From Erysipelothrix inopinata (GTDB lineage Bacteria > Bacillota_I > Bacilli_A > Erysipelotrichales > Erysipelotrichaceae), in NCBI RefSeq assembly GCF_014396165.1, contig NZ_CP060715.1:300001-332000 (forward strand): 32,000 nt of DNA. Direction: 5' to 3'. Position 1 is the stretch's first letter, and each line of letters begins with the position of its first letter. Made by a program: the position numbers and the translations under genes. Below the pieces are notes generated by a model. The model was not told the DNA's origin. It saw only the letters and a program-made list of their open reading frames with translations, and ran no database searches. Positions 7,664 to 16,455 of this stretch are shown piece by piece.

Positions 7664-8559
7664 GAATCTAAGTCCTTTCGATAAGGTAAACTTGAAATGG
7701 CTCCAACTTTTGTAACTGTCATGGATCCAACTCTATTTGCAAACATCACTGAATCTCTCATAGATTTTCCTTCTAATATTGCAACCGCTAGAGCACCATT
7801 AAATGAATCTCCTGCAGCCACAGTATCTACAACTTCAACCTTATTTGCTTCAACATACCCTGTTTCGAACTGATTAGCGAAATAAGCTCCTTTGTCACCA
7901 AGTGTAACTATGACGTTATCCACACCTTTATTCAAAAGTTGGTTAACTGCTTTTTCAACATCCTCTAATGTTTCTATTACAGAGTTTGTTAATATTCCTA
8001 ATTCTGTTTCATTAGGTGTTAAGTAATTTATTTTTGATAGCCATTTATCCGATAAGATTTGTGCAGGTGCAGGATTCAAAATAATAGGAATTTGTAAGTT
8101 TTGAAGTTTACTAATTATTTTGTAAGTAACTTCAAAGTCCATTTCTAATTGCAAAATAGCAATCGAAATTTCATCTAATTTATCAATTATTTTTTCAAAA
8201 TCCGAATATTTGTAAGTCATGTTTGCACCCGGAATTACAATTATTCTGTTATCTCCTGATGTTTCTTTAGTGATGAAACCTACTCCAGTACTTTGCTTCG
8301 TATCTATTAAGATGTCTTGTATATCAATACCTTCCTCATCTAGAACTCTTACAAATATTTCTCCGTTAGGATCATCACCCAATTGACCTACCATCTTAAC
8401 GTTGGCTCCTAACCGTTTCGCTGTTACTGCTTGGTTAGCCCCTTTTCCACCTGGATTAATAGTAAAGCTTTCGCCAATCACTGTTTCACCTTTTTGTGGT
8501 ACAAGAGATGTCGTAACAACTTGGTCCATCATAAAACTGCCAACAACCAATATATTCAT
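7660..8559 (-). CDS. PfkB-family sugar kinase, ribokinase-like, 299 aa
   Basis: NPGGKGANQAV and C-terminal DTVAAGDSFNGAL motifs. ATGA overlap with the SIS gene. Confidence 0.9.
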   Translation of the reverse strand: MNILVVGSFMMDQVVTTSLVPQKGETVIGESFTINPGGKGANQAVTAKRLGANVKMVGQLGDDPNGEIFVRVLDEEGIDIQDILIDTKQSTGVGFITKETSGDNRIIVIPGANMTYKYSDFEKIIDKLDEISIAILQLEMDFEVTYKIISKLQNLQIPIILNPAPAQILSDKWLSKINYLTPNETELGILTNSVIETLEDVEKAVNQLLNKGVDNVIVTLGDKGAYFANQFETGYVEANKVEVVDTVAAGDSFNGALAVAILEGKSMRDSVMFANRVGSMTVTKVGAISSLPYRKDLDS

Positions 8560-8562
8560 TCT

Positions 8563-9552
8563 TTATTCAACTCCATCTCCATGTTTATATGTTACTTGTT
8601 TTTCAATTTTATTATCTTTTAGAATATCATTAATTATTTTTCCAACTTCCTTACCCATGTTGTAAGGATATTGTTTATGACTAAAGAAATATTGATCATC
8701 GAGTAAGTTTTCAAAATCGAGAGCTCCGTAAGAAGCGATTAGAATTTTACTTCCTTTATTACTTCCATTTTCTGCAAAACGATTAATCATTCCTTGAGTC
8801 ATCGTATTATTAAATGAAACAATCGCTGTAGGAATTGTTTCCATATGTAAAAAGTAATCTGCTGCACGACGTCCATCTTCTAATGTATAATTTCCGTAGA
8901 AATAATTAAATTCTGGAACTTCAATGTCATGTGCTCTCAGACACTCGTTAACTCCTCGTAATCGCTCTTTACCTGTACTTACGCGTAGAGATCCAACTAC
9001 AAAGCCAATATCTGTGTGTCCTCTTTTTAGAACATCTTCCATTAATTCATAGGCACCTTGATAGTTATCTTCCACAACATAATTATAACTGTCGTCATCC
9101 TCGATAACTCTATCAAAGAGGACAACAGGAACTGTTTTAGGTAACAATTTTTCGATTCTTAGTTTATCTAATCCCGATGTTGCCAATACCAAACAGTCAA
9201 CACGATGTTGCATAAGTGTTTTTAATACCCGTTGTTCTTTTGACTCATTCTCATTCGTACTAGCAATAATAAGAGTTAGGTCATCTGATTCTAGAGCATC
9301 CTCGATTCCTTTTGCAGCTGACATAAAATATGAGTTAGATATGTCAGGTATTATCACTCCAATAGTATTTGTTTTATTTACTTTCAAGCTTTTGGCTGCA
9401 ATATTTGGTGTGTAATTTAATTCTTTAGCACATTCTAATACTTGTTCTCGAACTTCATTACTTGCGTAACCTGAATTATTTAATACACGTGAGACCGTAG
9501 CCACAGAAATACCAAGTTTTTGAGCGATATCTTTAATCGTAGGATTTTTCAT
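8563..9552 (-). CDS. LacI-family transcriptional regulator, 329 aa
   Basis: N-terminal TIKDIAQKLGISVATVSRVLNN HTH plus a periplasmic-binding-fold effector domain. Confidence 0.92.
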   Translation of the reverse strand: MKNPTIKDIAQKLGISVATVSRVLNNSGYASNEVREQVLECAKELNYTPNIAAKSLKVNKTNTIGVIIPDISNSYFMSAAKGIEDALESDDLTLIIASTNENESKEQRVLKTLMQHRVDCLVLATSGLDKLRIEKLLPKTVPVVLFDRVIEDDDSYNYVVEDNYQGAYELMEDVLKRGHTDIGFVVGSLRVSTGKERLRGVNECLRAHDIEVPEFNYFYGNYTLEDGRRAADYFLHMETIPTAIVSFNNTMTQGMINRFAENGSNKGSKILIASYGALDFENLLDDQYFFSHKQYPYNMGKEVGKIINDILKDNKIEKQVTYKHGDGVE

Positions 9553-9610
9553 TTGACGCCCTCCAATATACTTTATTTTACCATAATCTATTGAGCCATT
9601 GTGTTTTCTT

Positions 9611-10687
9611 CTAGTCGTATAGTAATGGCGCTATTTCACTTGAATCAATATTTTGAGAATTATACCAAGCTGCCGGAACATCAACATCTTCAACTTTTTC
9701 TCCCTGTGCTACTTTATATGCAAGAGTAACAGCCGTATATCCAATTTTTATTGGATCTTGAGTGACACTTCCAATAAATGTATTATTCTTAACTGCTTCT
9801 TTTTGCATCTTACCTGAGTCAAACCCAGCAGCTAATATTTTATCTGCGCCGAGTACGTTTCCTAATGATTCATTAGCATTTAATAGTCCTTTTGATGCTG
9901 TTTCATTTGATGTGAATACCGCTACTAAGTCTGACATATTTAGCAATGCTAGTGCTGCAGATTGAACTTTCGAATCTGTAGCATCTGCTGGAACTTGAAC
10001 CTGTAATATTAAAGCAGCTGAGCTTTCACTACCTCTGTTAAATTTATCATTACCGACAATAGCAACTTTATCTCCGATATTATCAAGTTTTTTAGCATGT
10101 TCTTCGAAACGAGTAATAAATCCTTCAGTTCGGTCACTAATAGATTGTGAGTTAACTTCTTGTGATAAAACAGCTACACGAACTGGAGATCCAACTTTCG
10201 CTGTTTTTAATTTTTCTTCTAACGATTCGAATAAAGCATCCGCTGCAATTGCTGCAGCATCTTTGTTGTTAGTTGCTGCTGTTGCAAAAACTGATCCTTC
10301 TGGTGCATTTGGAACACCCGAGTCAAATCCGACGATTGGAATACCTGCAGTTTTGGATTGATTTAGTAGATCAATTTGTGATTCTGTATCTAAGGATGCT
10401 AATGCAATAGCCATTGGCTTCTTATTAACAGCATTACTTAACATTTGCACTTGCTCTTGAATAGCAGTTTCATTTGCGGGTCCAGTAAAATTAATTGTGA
10501 CTCCAAGTTCCTTTGCCGCATCCTCTGAACCGTTTTTTACAGCTGTCCAATATTGTTGAGTAAATCCTTTGGCGATGACTTCTATTTCCCCATCTTTTTT
10601 CTCACCAGCAGCTTCTTTCTGACCACATCCAACTAGCATAACCAAAGCCATTGATACAATTGCTGTTTTCTTAAATATATGTTTCAT
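9611..10687 (-). CDS. ABC sugar-binding lipoprotein (RbsB-like), 358 aa
   Basis: Start moved to ATG 10687 behind GAGGAGG. Signal peptide with lipobox LVGC. Type-1 binding-protein fold. Confidence 0.88.
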   Translation of the reverse strand: MKHIFKKTAIVSMALVMLVGCGQKEAAGEKKDGEIEVIAKGFTQQYWTAVKNGSEDAAKELGVTINFTGPANETAIQEQVQMLSNAVNKKPMAIALASLDTESQIDLLNQSKTAGIPIVGFDSGVPNAPEGSVFATAATNNKDAAAIAADALFESLEEKLKTAKVGSPVRVAVLSQEVNSQSISDRTEGFITRFEEHAKKLDNIGDKVAIVGNDKFNRGSESSAALILQVQVPADATDSKVQSAALALLNMSDLVAVFTSNETASKGLLNANESLGNVLGADKILAAGFDSGKMQKEAVKNNTFIGSVTQDPIKIGYTAVTLAYKVAQGEKVEDVDVPAAWYNSQNIDSSEIAPLLYD

Positions 10688-10727
10688 AATTTCCTCCTCG
10701 TGTTTTTTACACTTCATTTAAGACTAT

Positions 10728-11698
10728 TTAATGTGTATCGTTTCTTCGTTTGAAGACATCAATATACACTGCAACAATAATTACTATTCCTGTAATAAAT
10801 ATTTGATAATGGGGTTGTAGTCCAATGAATGGTAATCCTGTTTGAAGAACACCCATTATGAATACCCCAATAACAGTACCTAACAAACTAGCAATTCCCC
10901 CGTCATTGATGTTCCACCAATAATTGCTGCTGCAATGGCGTTAGTTTCAATTCCGGTTCCAAGACCTGGTGTAATCGAAGTATAGGTGGATGCATACGCA
11001 ATTCCCGCTAATCCAATAAAGAATCCACTGATTATGTAGGCTCTCCATTTCCACTTAACGACATCAATTCCAGACAATCTAGTTGCGTCCTCGTTACTAC
11101 CTATGGATAAAATGTAACGACCTGTTTTTGTTTTATTTAAGATTATATAGAAAATTAACGCTAGTCCCAAGAAGATAAATATTCCTGTTGGAAAGTTATT
11201 GTTAGTTCTAAATAAACTCTTATAGTATCCATCAGGTGATGATCTTAGTGGGAAATTTACTGTTTGTACTTTTGATACAATCGAGCCAAGACCTAACATT
11301 AGCATTTGAGTTCCTAAAGTTGCAATAAATGGTGCTATTTTAAGTTTAGCCACTAAAAATCCGTTCAGTGCTCCGAGCAAAATTCCAACTAATAATGTCA
11401 CAATCATTGAAACCCAGACAGGCATTCCATAATTCTGATAAAGTAACCCACCAATGATTGCTGATGTAATCATGCCAGTTCCCAATGATAAATCAATTCC
11501 TCCAGTAGCAATTACGAAGGTTACTCCAATTGCAAGAAAACCAATATAATATGCAGCGTCGAATATACTTGTTATTGTACTTGTTGATCTAAATGCAGGA
11601 CTCGATATGGAAAAATATATATAGAGTACAACAAGTGATATACCTGCAATAAATTGTTGACTCGATAGAATTTTTTTAATTTTCTTTGTGTCTTTCAT
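10728..11698 (-). pseudogene. ABC sugar permease (RbsC-like) interrupted by a -1 frameshift at a C5/G5 run (10897-10901)
   Basis: The track ORF ends ..GGTSMTGELLVC* at 10880. One extra G restores ..GGTSMTGGIASLLGTVIGVFIMGVLQTGLPFIGLQPHYQIFITGIVIIVAVYIDVFKRRNDTH* with a stop at 10728. That is the conserved RbsC-type C-terminus. The restored length is 323 aa. Confidence 0.8.
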
Positions 11699-13190
11699 CT
11701 TTTACTCCTTCTCTTGGAACCGCGTATCTCATGATTTCCTCTTGCGTTGCTTCATCGATTGATAGTTCGTGAACTAAGCTACCCTCACACATCACCAAGA
11801 TACGATCACTCATACGAAGTACTTCTTCCATTTCGGAAGATATCATAATTATCGATTTTCCTTCCAACACCAATCGATCCATAAGATCATATATCTCAAC
11901 TTTTGCTCCAACATCGATTCCCCTTGTTGGTTCATCAAAGATGATGATCTCACTATCTTTCGCCAACCATTTAGCAATAACTACTTTTTGTTGGTTCCCA
12001 CCAGATAAATTAATAACTTCTTGTTCTACATCATGAAGTTTAATATTTAGCATATCTCTATATACTTCTGCCTGTGTAGAAATTGCTTTATCATCTAATA
12101 CTCCCAATGTTTTTTCAAATTTATCTAGATTATTAATAGAAATGTTTTTTGAGATACTCTCATGAATATGAACACCGTTTCTGCGTCTATCTTCAGATAT
12201 ATATCCAATTCCGTATTTTAACGCATCAGTCGTGTTTTTAATCTTAACCTCATTACCATTAATGATTATCTTTCCAGTATCAATTGAATCAGCACCAAAT
12301 ATGGCCCTTGCAACCTCTGTTCGTCCCGAACCCATGAGCCCAGAAAATCCTAGAATTTCTCCTTTACGAAGTTCAAAGTTGATATTACTTACGTATTTAT
12401 TAGTGAGACCTTCAACCTTTAATACAATCTCATCTTTAATACTCGTGCTTTCTGGTCTACGTTCGTTAGATAAAGTTCGTCCCACCATCATCTTTATTAG
12501 ATCATCCTGCGATGTTTCCTTTGTATCCACAGTCCCAATATACGTACCGTCTCTAAGAACCGTAATTCGATCAGTAATTTTTTCTATCTCATCCATTCGA
12601 TGGGAAATGTATATAACACCAATACCTTCATCAGTTAGATGCTTAATAATTTGGAAGAGAGCATCTATTTCTTTCAAAGATAAAGCAGCAGTTGGTTCAT
12701 CAAATACAATAATTTTTGCTTCGACAGCAATTGCCTTAGCAATTTCAACCATTTGCTGTTCACCAATACTTAACTTTCCAACTCTTTGAGAGGGATCAAT
12801 ATCAACATGAAGTTTTTCAAATAGCTTCTTACTTTCTTTAACCATTGCTCTATCATCGATGAACTTTCCACGTTTGTAAATTTCTTTTCCGAGAAAAATG
12901 TTTTGAGCAACAGTTAAATCTTTCATCATATTAAGTTCCTGATGAACAATCGTAATTCCTTTTTCTTGAGCATCAGCAGTATTATTGAAATTAACTAGTT
13001 CATCATTTACATACACTGCACCTTCATCTTTCGCATAGATACCATTTAGTATTTTCATTAATGTAGATTTCCCAGCGCCATTTTCTCCCATGAGAGCATG
13101 AACTTCACCATTTCTGAGATTAAAATCAACATCCTTTAATACTTGGACTCCAGCAAAACTCTTATTAATTTTATCCATTTTTAATAGCAT
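11676..13190 (-). CDS. ABC sugar-transport ATPase with duplicated ABC domains (RbsA-like), 504 aa
   Basis: Two nucleotide-binding domains: GENGAGKST .. LSIGEQQ .. IVFDEPT and GLMGSGRT .. LSGGNQQ .. IIFDEPT. 23-nt overlap with the permease start. Confidence 0.93.
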   Translation of the reverse strand: MLLKMDKINKSFAGVQVLKDVDFNLRNGEVHALMGENGAGKSTLMKILNGIYAKDEGAVYVNDELVNFNNTADAQEKGITIVHQELNMMKDLTVAQNIFLGKEIYKRGKFIDDRAMVKESKKLFEKLHVDIDPSQRVGKLSIGEQQMVEIAKAIAVEAKIIVFDEPTAALSLKEIDALFQIIKHLTDEGIGVIYISHRMDEIEKITDRITVLRDGTYIGTVDTKETSQDDLIKMMVGRTLSNERRPESTSIKDEIVLKVEGLTNKYVSNINFELRKGEILGFSGLMGSGRTEVARAIFGADSIDTGKIIINGNEVKIKNTTDALKYGIGYISEDRRRNGVHIHESISKNISINNLDKFEKTLGVLDDKAISTQAEVYRDMLNIKLHDVEQEVINLSGGNQQKVVIAKWLAKDSEIIIFDEPTRGIDVGAKVEIYDLMDRLVLEGKSIIMISSEMEEVLRMSDRILVMCEGSLVHELSIDEATQEEIMRYAVPREGVKDERHKEN

Positions 13191-13192
13191 AT

Positions 13193-13621
13193 CTACACCT
13201 CAACAACACCTTTTTTTAAGATAATATTTGCAAAGAGTGCTGTTTCACTCGTCGCTATGATTGCGTAGGCATTTTTGCCTCTTTCATAGAACTCAAATCG
13301 TTCTAAATACTCAATGTTAGTATTTTCTTCTTGTGAGTTTTGAAAAACATTTTTGTAATCAGTCCATATTTCAGGGATTTTGTCACCTTCAGCTACATTC
13401 ATATAACTCACTGAATACTTCGAACTCTTATCGAGTGGAAGAACTGATAGAATTCCTTCTAATACACTTACACACCCTAGTCCATCAAGTCTTATCAGAT
13501 TTTTTGCATTTGACGCACTGGGATAGTTTCCATCAGCAATGACAATTTCATCCCCGTGGCCCATTTCCATTAAAACCTTGATTAAGTCGGGAGACAAAAT
13601 CGGATTTAAATTTTTAAGCAT
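13193..13621 (-). CDS. RbsD/FucU-family mutarotase, FucU-type, 142 aa
   Basis: MLKNLNPILSPDLIKVLMEMGHGDEIVIADGNYP .. FYERGKNAYAIIATSE .. NIILKKGV tracks E. coli FucU (as I recall it) much better than RbsD. Confidence 0.85.
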   Translation of the reverse strand: MLKNLNPILSPDLIKVLMEMGHGDEIVIADGNYPSASNAKNLIRLDGLGCVSVLEGILSVLPLDKSSKYSVSYMNVAEGDKIPEIWTDYKNVFQNSQEENTNIEYLERFEFYERGKNAYAIIATSETALFANIILKKGVVEV

Positions 13622-13637
13622 GTATTACCTCCTAATG

Positions 13638-13651
13638 TGTAATCGTTTCCA
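13638..13651. promoter_or_regulatory. cre/LacI-type operator O1 TGTAATCGTTTCCA
   Basis: Lies between the predicted transcription start and the SD of the first operon gene. Confidence 0.45.
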
Positions 13652-13669
13652 CATCTCCTTAAAAAAATA

Positions 13670-13683
13670 TGTAAACGTTCTCA
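13670..13683. promoter_or_regulatory. cre/LacI-type operator O2 TGTAAACGTTCTCA
   Basis: Full match to TGWAANCGNTNWCA. It starts 6 nt downstream of the -10 and covers the predicted +1. Confidence 0.55.
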
Positions 13684-13688
13684 CACAC

Positions 13689-13717
13689 ATAATACACAAC
13701 TATGTAACCGATTGCAA
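13689..13717 (-). promoter_or_regulatory. promoter of the sugar operon
   Basis: TTGCAA (13712-13717), 17 nt, TATTAT (13689-13694) on the minus strand. Confidence 0.6.
13703..13716. promoter_or_regulatory. cre/LacI-type operator O3 TGTAACCGATTGCA
   Basis: Overlaps the -35 hexamer. Confidence 0.45.
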
Positions 13718-13928
13718 TATATTTTTATATTTTTTTGTTTTTGAATCAATAAGACTTAACTTCTCACACAGATAAAATTAAGTAAAAAGTACTAGATCTC
13801 ATTTATTATGTGTAATAAAAGTATTCATCATTATTTTTTAGTTTACTACTAGTATTTAGATAAAAATTATATTAATTAATCTAGTATCACGTGTAATTAA
13901 AGCAGGGCAAGTAATTCAGCTAAACATA

Positions 13929-13961
13929 GAAAAAGCCCACTATACAATTCGTATAATGGAC
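13929..13961 (-). terminator. terminator after tRNA-Thr
   Basis: GUCCAUUAUAC-GAAUU-GUAUAGUGGGC (11 bp, two G.U pairs) followed by UUUUUC. Confidence 0.6.
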
Positions 13962-13975
13962 ATATGTTTTATCTA

Positions 13976-14049
13976 TGGTGCCGCCACCGAGAATCGAACT
14001 CGGAACTGAGCATTACCATTGCTCTATTTTACCATTGAACTATGGCGGC
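13976..14049 (-). tRNA. tRNA-Thr (anticodon GGU), 74 nt, CCA encoded
   Basis: Hand-folded cloverleaf. Acceptor GCCGCCA/TGGCGGC. Anticodon arm GAGCA-ATGGTAA-TGCTC. T arm CCGAG-TTCGATT-CTCGG. Discriminator A plus CCA. The D stem is weak (GTTC/AAAT). Confidence 0.8.
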
Positions 14050-14057
14050 ATGAATAT

Positions 14058-14086
14058 ATAATACGAAATTTCCTTACTAAAATCAA
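14058..14086 (-). promoter_or_regulatory. tRNA-Thr promoter
   Basis: TTGATT (14081-14086), 17 nt, TATTAT (14058-14063). The mature 5' end lies 8 nt downstream of the -10. Confidence 0.6.
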
Positions 14087-14222
14087 CCATATTTGAGACT
14101 TTGTCTCGTTATTGTGTGAATAACCAATTGCCCTGATTTTTTACGAGTTTATTTGATATTCATAATTCAATTATAAGGTATGCTTTTTGAGTTTTTGGTA
14201 TACTTACTCTAGGAGGTATACT

Positions 14223-15065
14223 ATGCAAGAATACTATACATTATCAAATGGCGTTACAATCCCTAAGGTAGGATTTGGTACCTGGCAAACACCAAGCGGT
14301 GAGGTTGCTGAAACATCGGTTGCTACTGCACTTGAGGTAGGTTATCGTCATCTTGATACTGCTGCAATTTATGGCAATGAAGAAAGCGTTGGTGATGCTG
14401 TAAGAAAGAGCGGTATTGATCGCTCAGAACTCTTCATCACTACGAAACTGTGGAATGACAAACGTACTTATGAAGAAGTTTATGAAGCAATTCAGGAATC
14501 CCTAAATAAATTACAAACAACATATATAGATTTATATTTGATACATTGGCCAAATCCAGTAGCTATCCGAGAAAATTGGGAAGGTGCTAATGCGGAAGCA
14601 TGGCGAGCAATTGAAGACGCATATGACAAAGGTATCATTCGGGCAATTGGTGTTTCTAACTTTAGACAACATCATTTAGAAGCTCTTTTTAAAACAGCAC
14701 GCATCAAACCTATGGTAAATCAGATTTTCTATAACCCTAGTGATATGCAATTGGATGTTGTAAACTTTAATAACGAACATGGTATCCTAACTGAAGCTTA
14801 TAGCCCATTAGGAACTGGTAAAATATTTGAAATTGCAGAGCTTAATGATATTGCACTGCGTTATGAAAAAACACCCGCTCAGATTGTACTAAGATGGTGT
14901 TTACAAAACAATATATTGCCACTTCCAAAATCAGTAACCGAAAGCCGAATCTTTGAGAATTTCCAAGTATTTGATTTTGATCTCAATGATGAGGACATGG
15001 CTTTAATTTCTTCGTTTGCAGGACAAGCTAGTGAAGCACTCAATCCTGATGAAACACAATTCTAA
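14223..15065 (+). CDS. aldo-keto reductase (YvgN/YtbE / 2,5-diketo-D-gluconate reductase-like), 280 aa
   Basis: Start set at ATG 14223 behind TAGGAGGT. Catalytic-tetrad context GYRHLDTAAIYGNE, TTKLWN and LIHWP. Confidence 0.92.
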   Translation: MQEYYTLSNGVTIPKVGFGTWQTPSGEVAETSVATALEVGYRHLDTAAIYGNEESVGDAVRKSGIDRSELFITTKLWNDKRTYEEVYEAIQESLNKLQTTYIDLYLIHWPNPVAIRENWEGANAEAWRAIEDAYDKGIIRAIGVSNFRQHHLEALFKTARIKPMVNQIFYNPSDMQLDVVNFNNEHGILTEAYSPLGTGKIFEIAELNDIALRYEKTPAQIVLRWCLQNNILPLPKSVTESRIFENFQVFDFDLNDEDMALISSFAGQASEALNPDETQF

Positions 15066-16417
15066 CTCTCAGTTCCTGAGAGTTTTTTATTAGGTTTCAC
15101 AATTGGAATCATGATAGCAGTTTGAAATTTATTCTCCTGGAAATGGGGATTTATATTCATCATACCGCCAAGCGATTCCACTACTTCCTCAACTATGACG
15201 ATACCGTATCCGTGTTCGGATTCTTTTTTAGTTGTTTTCAGTCGAGATTCATTATATGCCACTTTACCATCATAGGTATTCGTAACTTCAATTCTGAACC
15301 ATGAATCAACTTTACGACCCGTAATTCTTAGAATTCTTTCACCATCATACATACTACATGCACGGATTGCATTATCAATAAGATTAGCAAAAATCCGGAC
15401 AATATCCATATCTGACAATGCAAAGTTATCCGGTATTGAAACGAGTGCATTGAAATCAATATCAAATGATTGCGCACGTTCGGCATTATCATGTAAGATA
15501 GCTTCTAATAAAGTATTGTTGGAGTATTGCACAATCTCTGGTGAGGATAAATGTAACGCACCACCCATATCTTCTAGATACTTCTCAAGTCTTTCATATT
15601 CTTGAGTATCAAGCAAATGTCTTACAGTTCGAATCATTTTTATATAATCATGTTTAAACTTCTTAAGTGCTTCATTCTTTTCCTCATAGGAACGATAGAA
15701 CTCTAATTTAGTTTGTAATCCGCTCATAATCTGTGTTGAGACACGCTCATTTTCTGCTTGAGCACTCATTTGAATCACATTCTTCAGACTCAAATAGAGG
15801 AGTGCGATTGAAACTGCGCTCGTGAATAGATACAAGTATGAGAACCACTTAAAAGTAATTTCGAGACTTCGGCCATCATTAATAAACATGAGATAACTTA
15901 TAATCAAAACTTGATAGACTACTAAGTATTTCATTTGATGTTTATTTTTAAACAGAATTGTCATGTTATTGCGATTTCCAAAAGTTCTTCTGAGAACTCT
16001 AATAAATAGGAATGCTACGAGAATTCCCATAATATTAAAGAGATAGTAGTGGGAACTACGGGTTAATGTTCCAATGATCGTGACATCATTAATGACAGCA
16101 TATAACCCAGCAAAGAAACCTCTAAATGCATACATCATCGTGAAGTATAAACTCGATATATACAAGTAATATATCCAAGATGAACGATATATAATAATGC
16201 AGTTAATTAGTATTATGAGATAGGTTGCTCCCACACGTGATATTGGTCCCATATACTTGATGCTTAAATACCAAGCGAGTATGTTCACTAAAATAAGTGC
16301 GTATTTTAATTTATGTGCGTACTTACGTGTTTCTAATAAATTCTCGTAATCACTCGACATTGAATATATATAGAGTGCATATATTACGAGCATTGTACAA
16401 TAAAGTCCAGTTTGCAT
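15062..16417 (-). CDS. AgrC/HPK10-type GHKL sensor histidine kinase, polytopic, 451 aa, no adjacent response regulator
   Basis: 6-7 N-terminal TM helices. H-box FKHDY, N-box NLIDNAIRA, G-box GYGIVIV. Start set at ATG 16417 behind AAGGGGTGA. Confidence 0.85.
   Translation of the reverse strand: MQTGLYCTMLVIYALYIYSMSSDYENLLETRKYAHKLKYALILVNILAWYLSIKYMGPISRVGATYLIILINCIIIYRSSWIYYLYISSLYFTMMYAFRGFFAGLYAVINDVTIIGTLTRSSHYYLFNIMGILVAFLFIRVLRRTFGNRNNMTILFKNKHQMKYLVVYQVLIISYLMFINDGRSLEITFKWFSYLYLFTSAVSIALLYLSLKNVIQMSAQAENERVSTQIMSGLQTKLEFYRSYEEKNEALKKFKHDYIKMIRTVRHLLDTQEYERLEKYLEDMGGALHLSSPEIVQYSNNTLLEAILHDNAERAQSFDIDFNALVSIPDNFALSDMDIVRIFANLIDNAIRACSMYDGERILRITGRKVDSWFRIEVTNTYDGKVAYNESRLKTTKKESEHGYGIVIVEEVVESLGGMMNINPHFQENKFQTAIMIPIVKPNKKLSGTES
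15064..15090 (+). terminator. AKR terminator
   Basis: AACTCTCAG-TTC-CTGAGAGTT followed by TTTTATT. The hairpin is embedded in the last codons of the convergent kinase gene. The two stop codons overlap (15062-15065). Confidence 0.8.
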
Positions 16418-16455
16418 CCAATCACCCCTTGTATCCATTATATATCATTCATAAA

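Noticed and set aside
10718-10879. ORF-free 160-bp gap between the permease and binding-protein genes, considered as a regulatory region or sRNA
   Set aside because: It is fully explained as the frameshifted C-terminal coding region of the permease.
12232-12789. 185-aa plus-strand ORF antisense to the ABC ATPase gene
   Set aside because: It is entirely nested opposite a gene with unmistakable Walker and signature motifs. The translation is S/I/L/P-rich low complexity with no SD or recognisable motif. This is typical antisense-frame noise.
13780-13928. AT-rich spacer beside tRNA-Thr with short inverted TACTAGAT/ATCTAGTA repeats, considered as an integration scar or att site
   Set aside because: The repeats are only 8 bp in very AT-rich DNA. 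There is no duplicated tRNA 3' segment, and no integrase or cargo genes on either side.
14197-14222. 8-bp direct repeat GGTATACT x2 upstream of the AKR gene
   Set aside because: The repeat is short. The second copy is just the SD region (AGGAGGTATACT). Chance occurrence is plausible.
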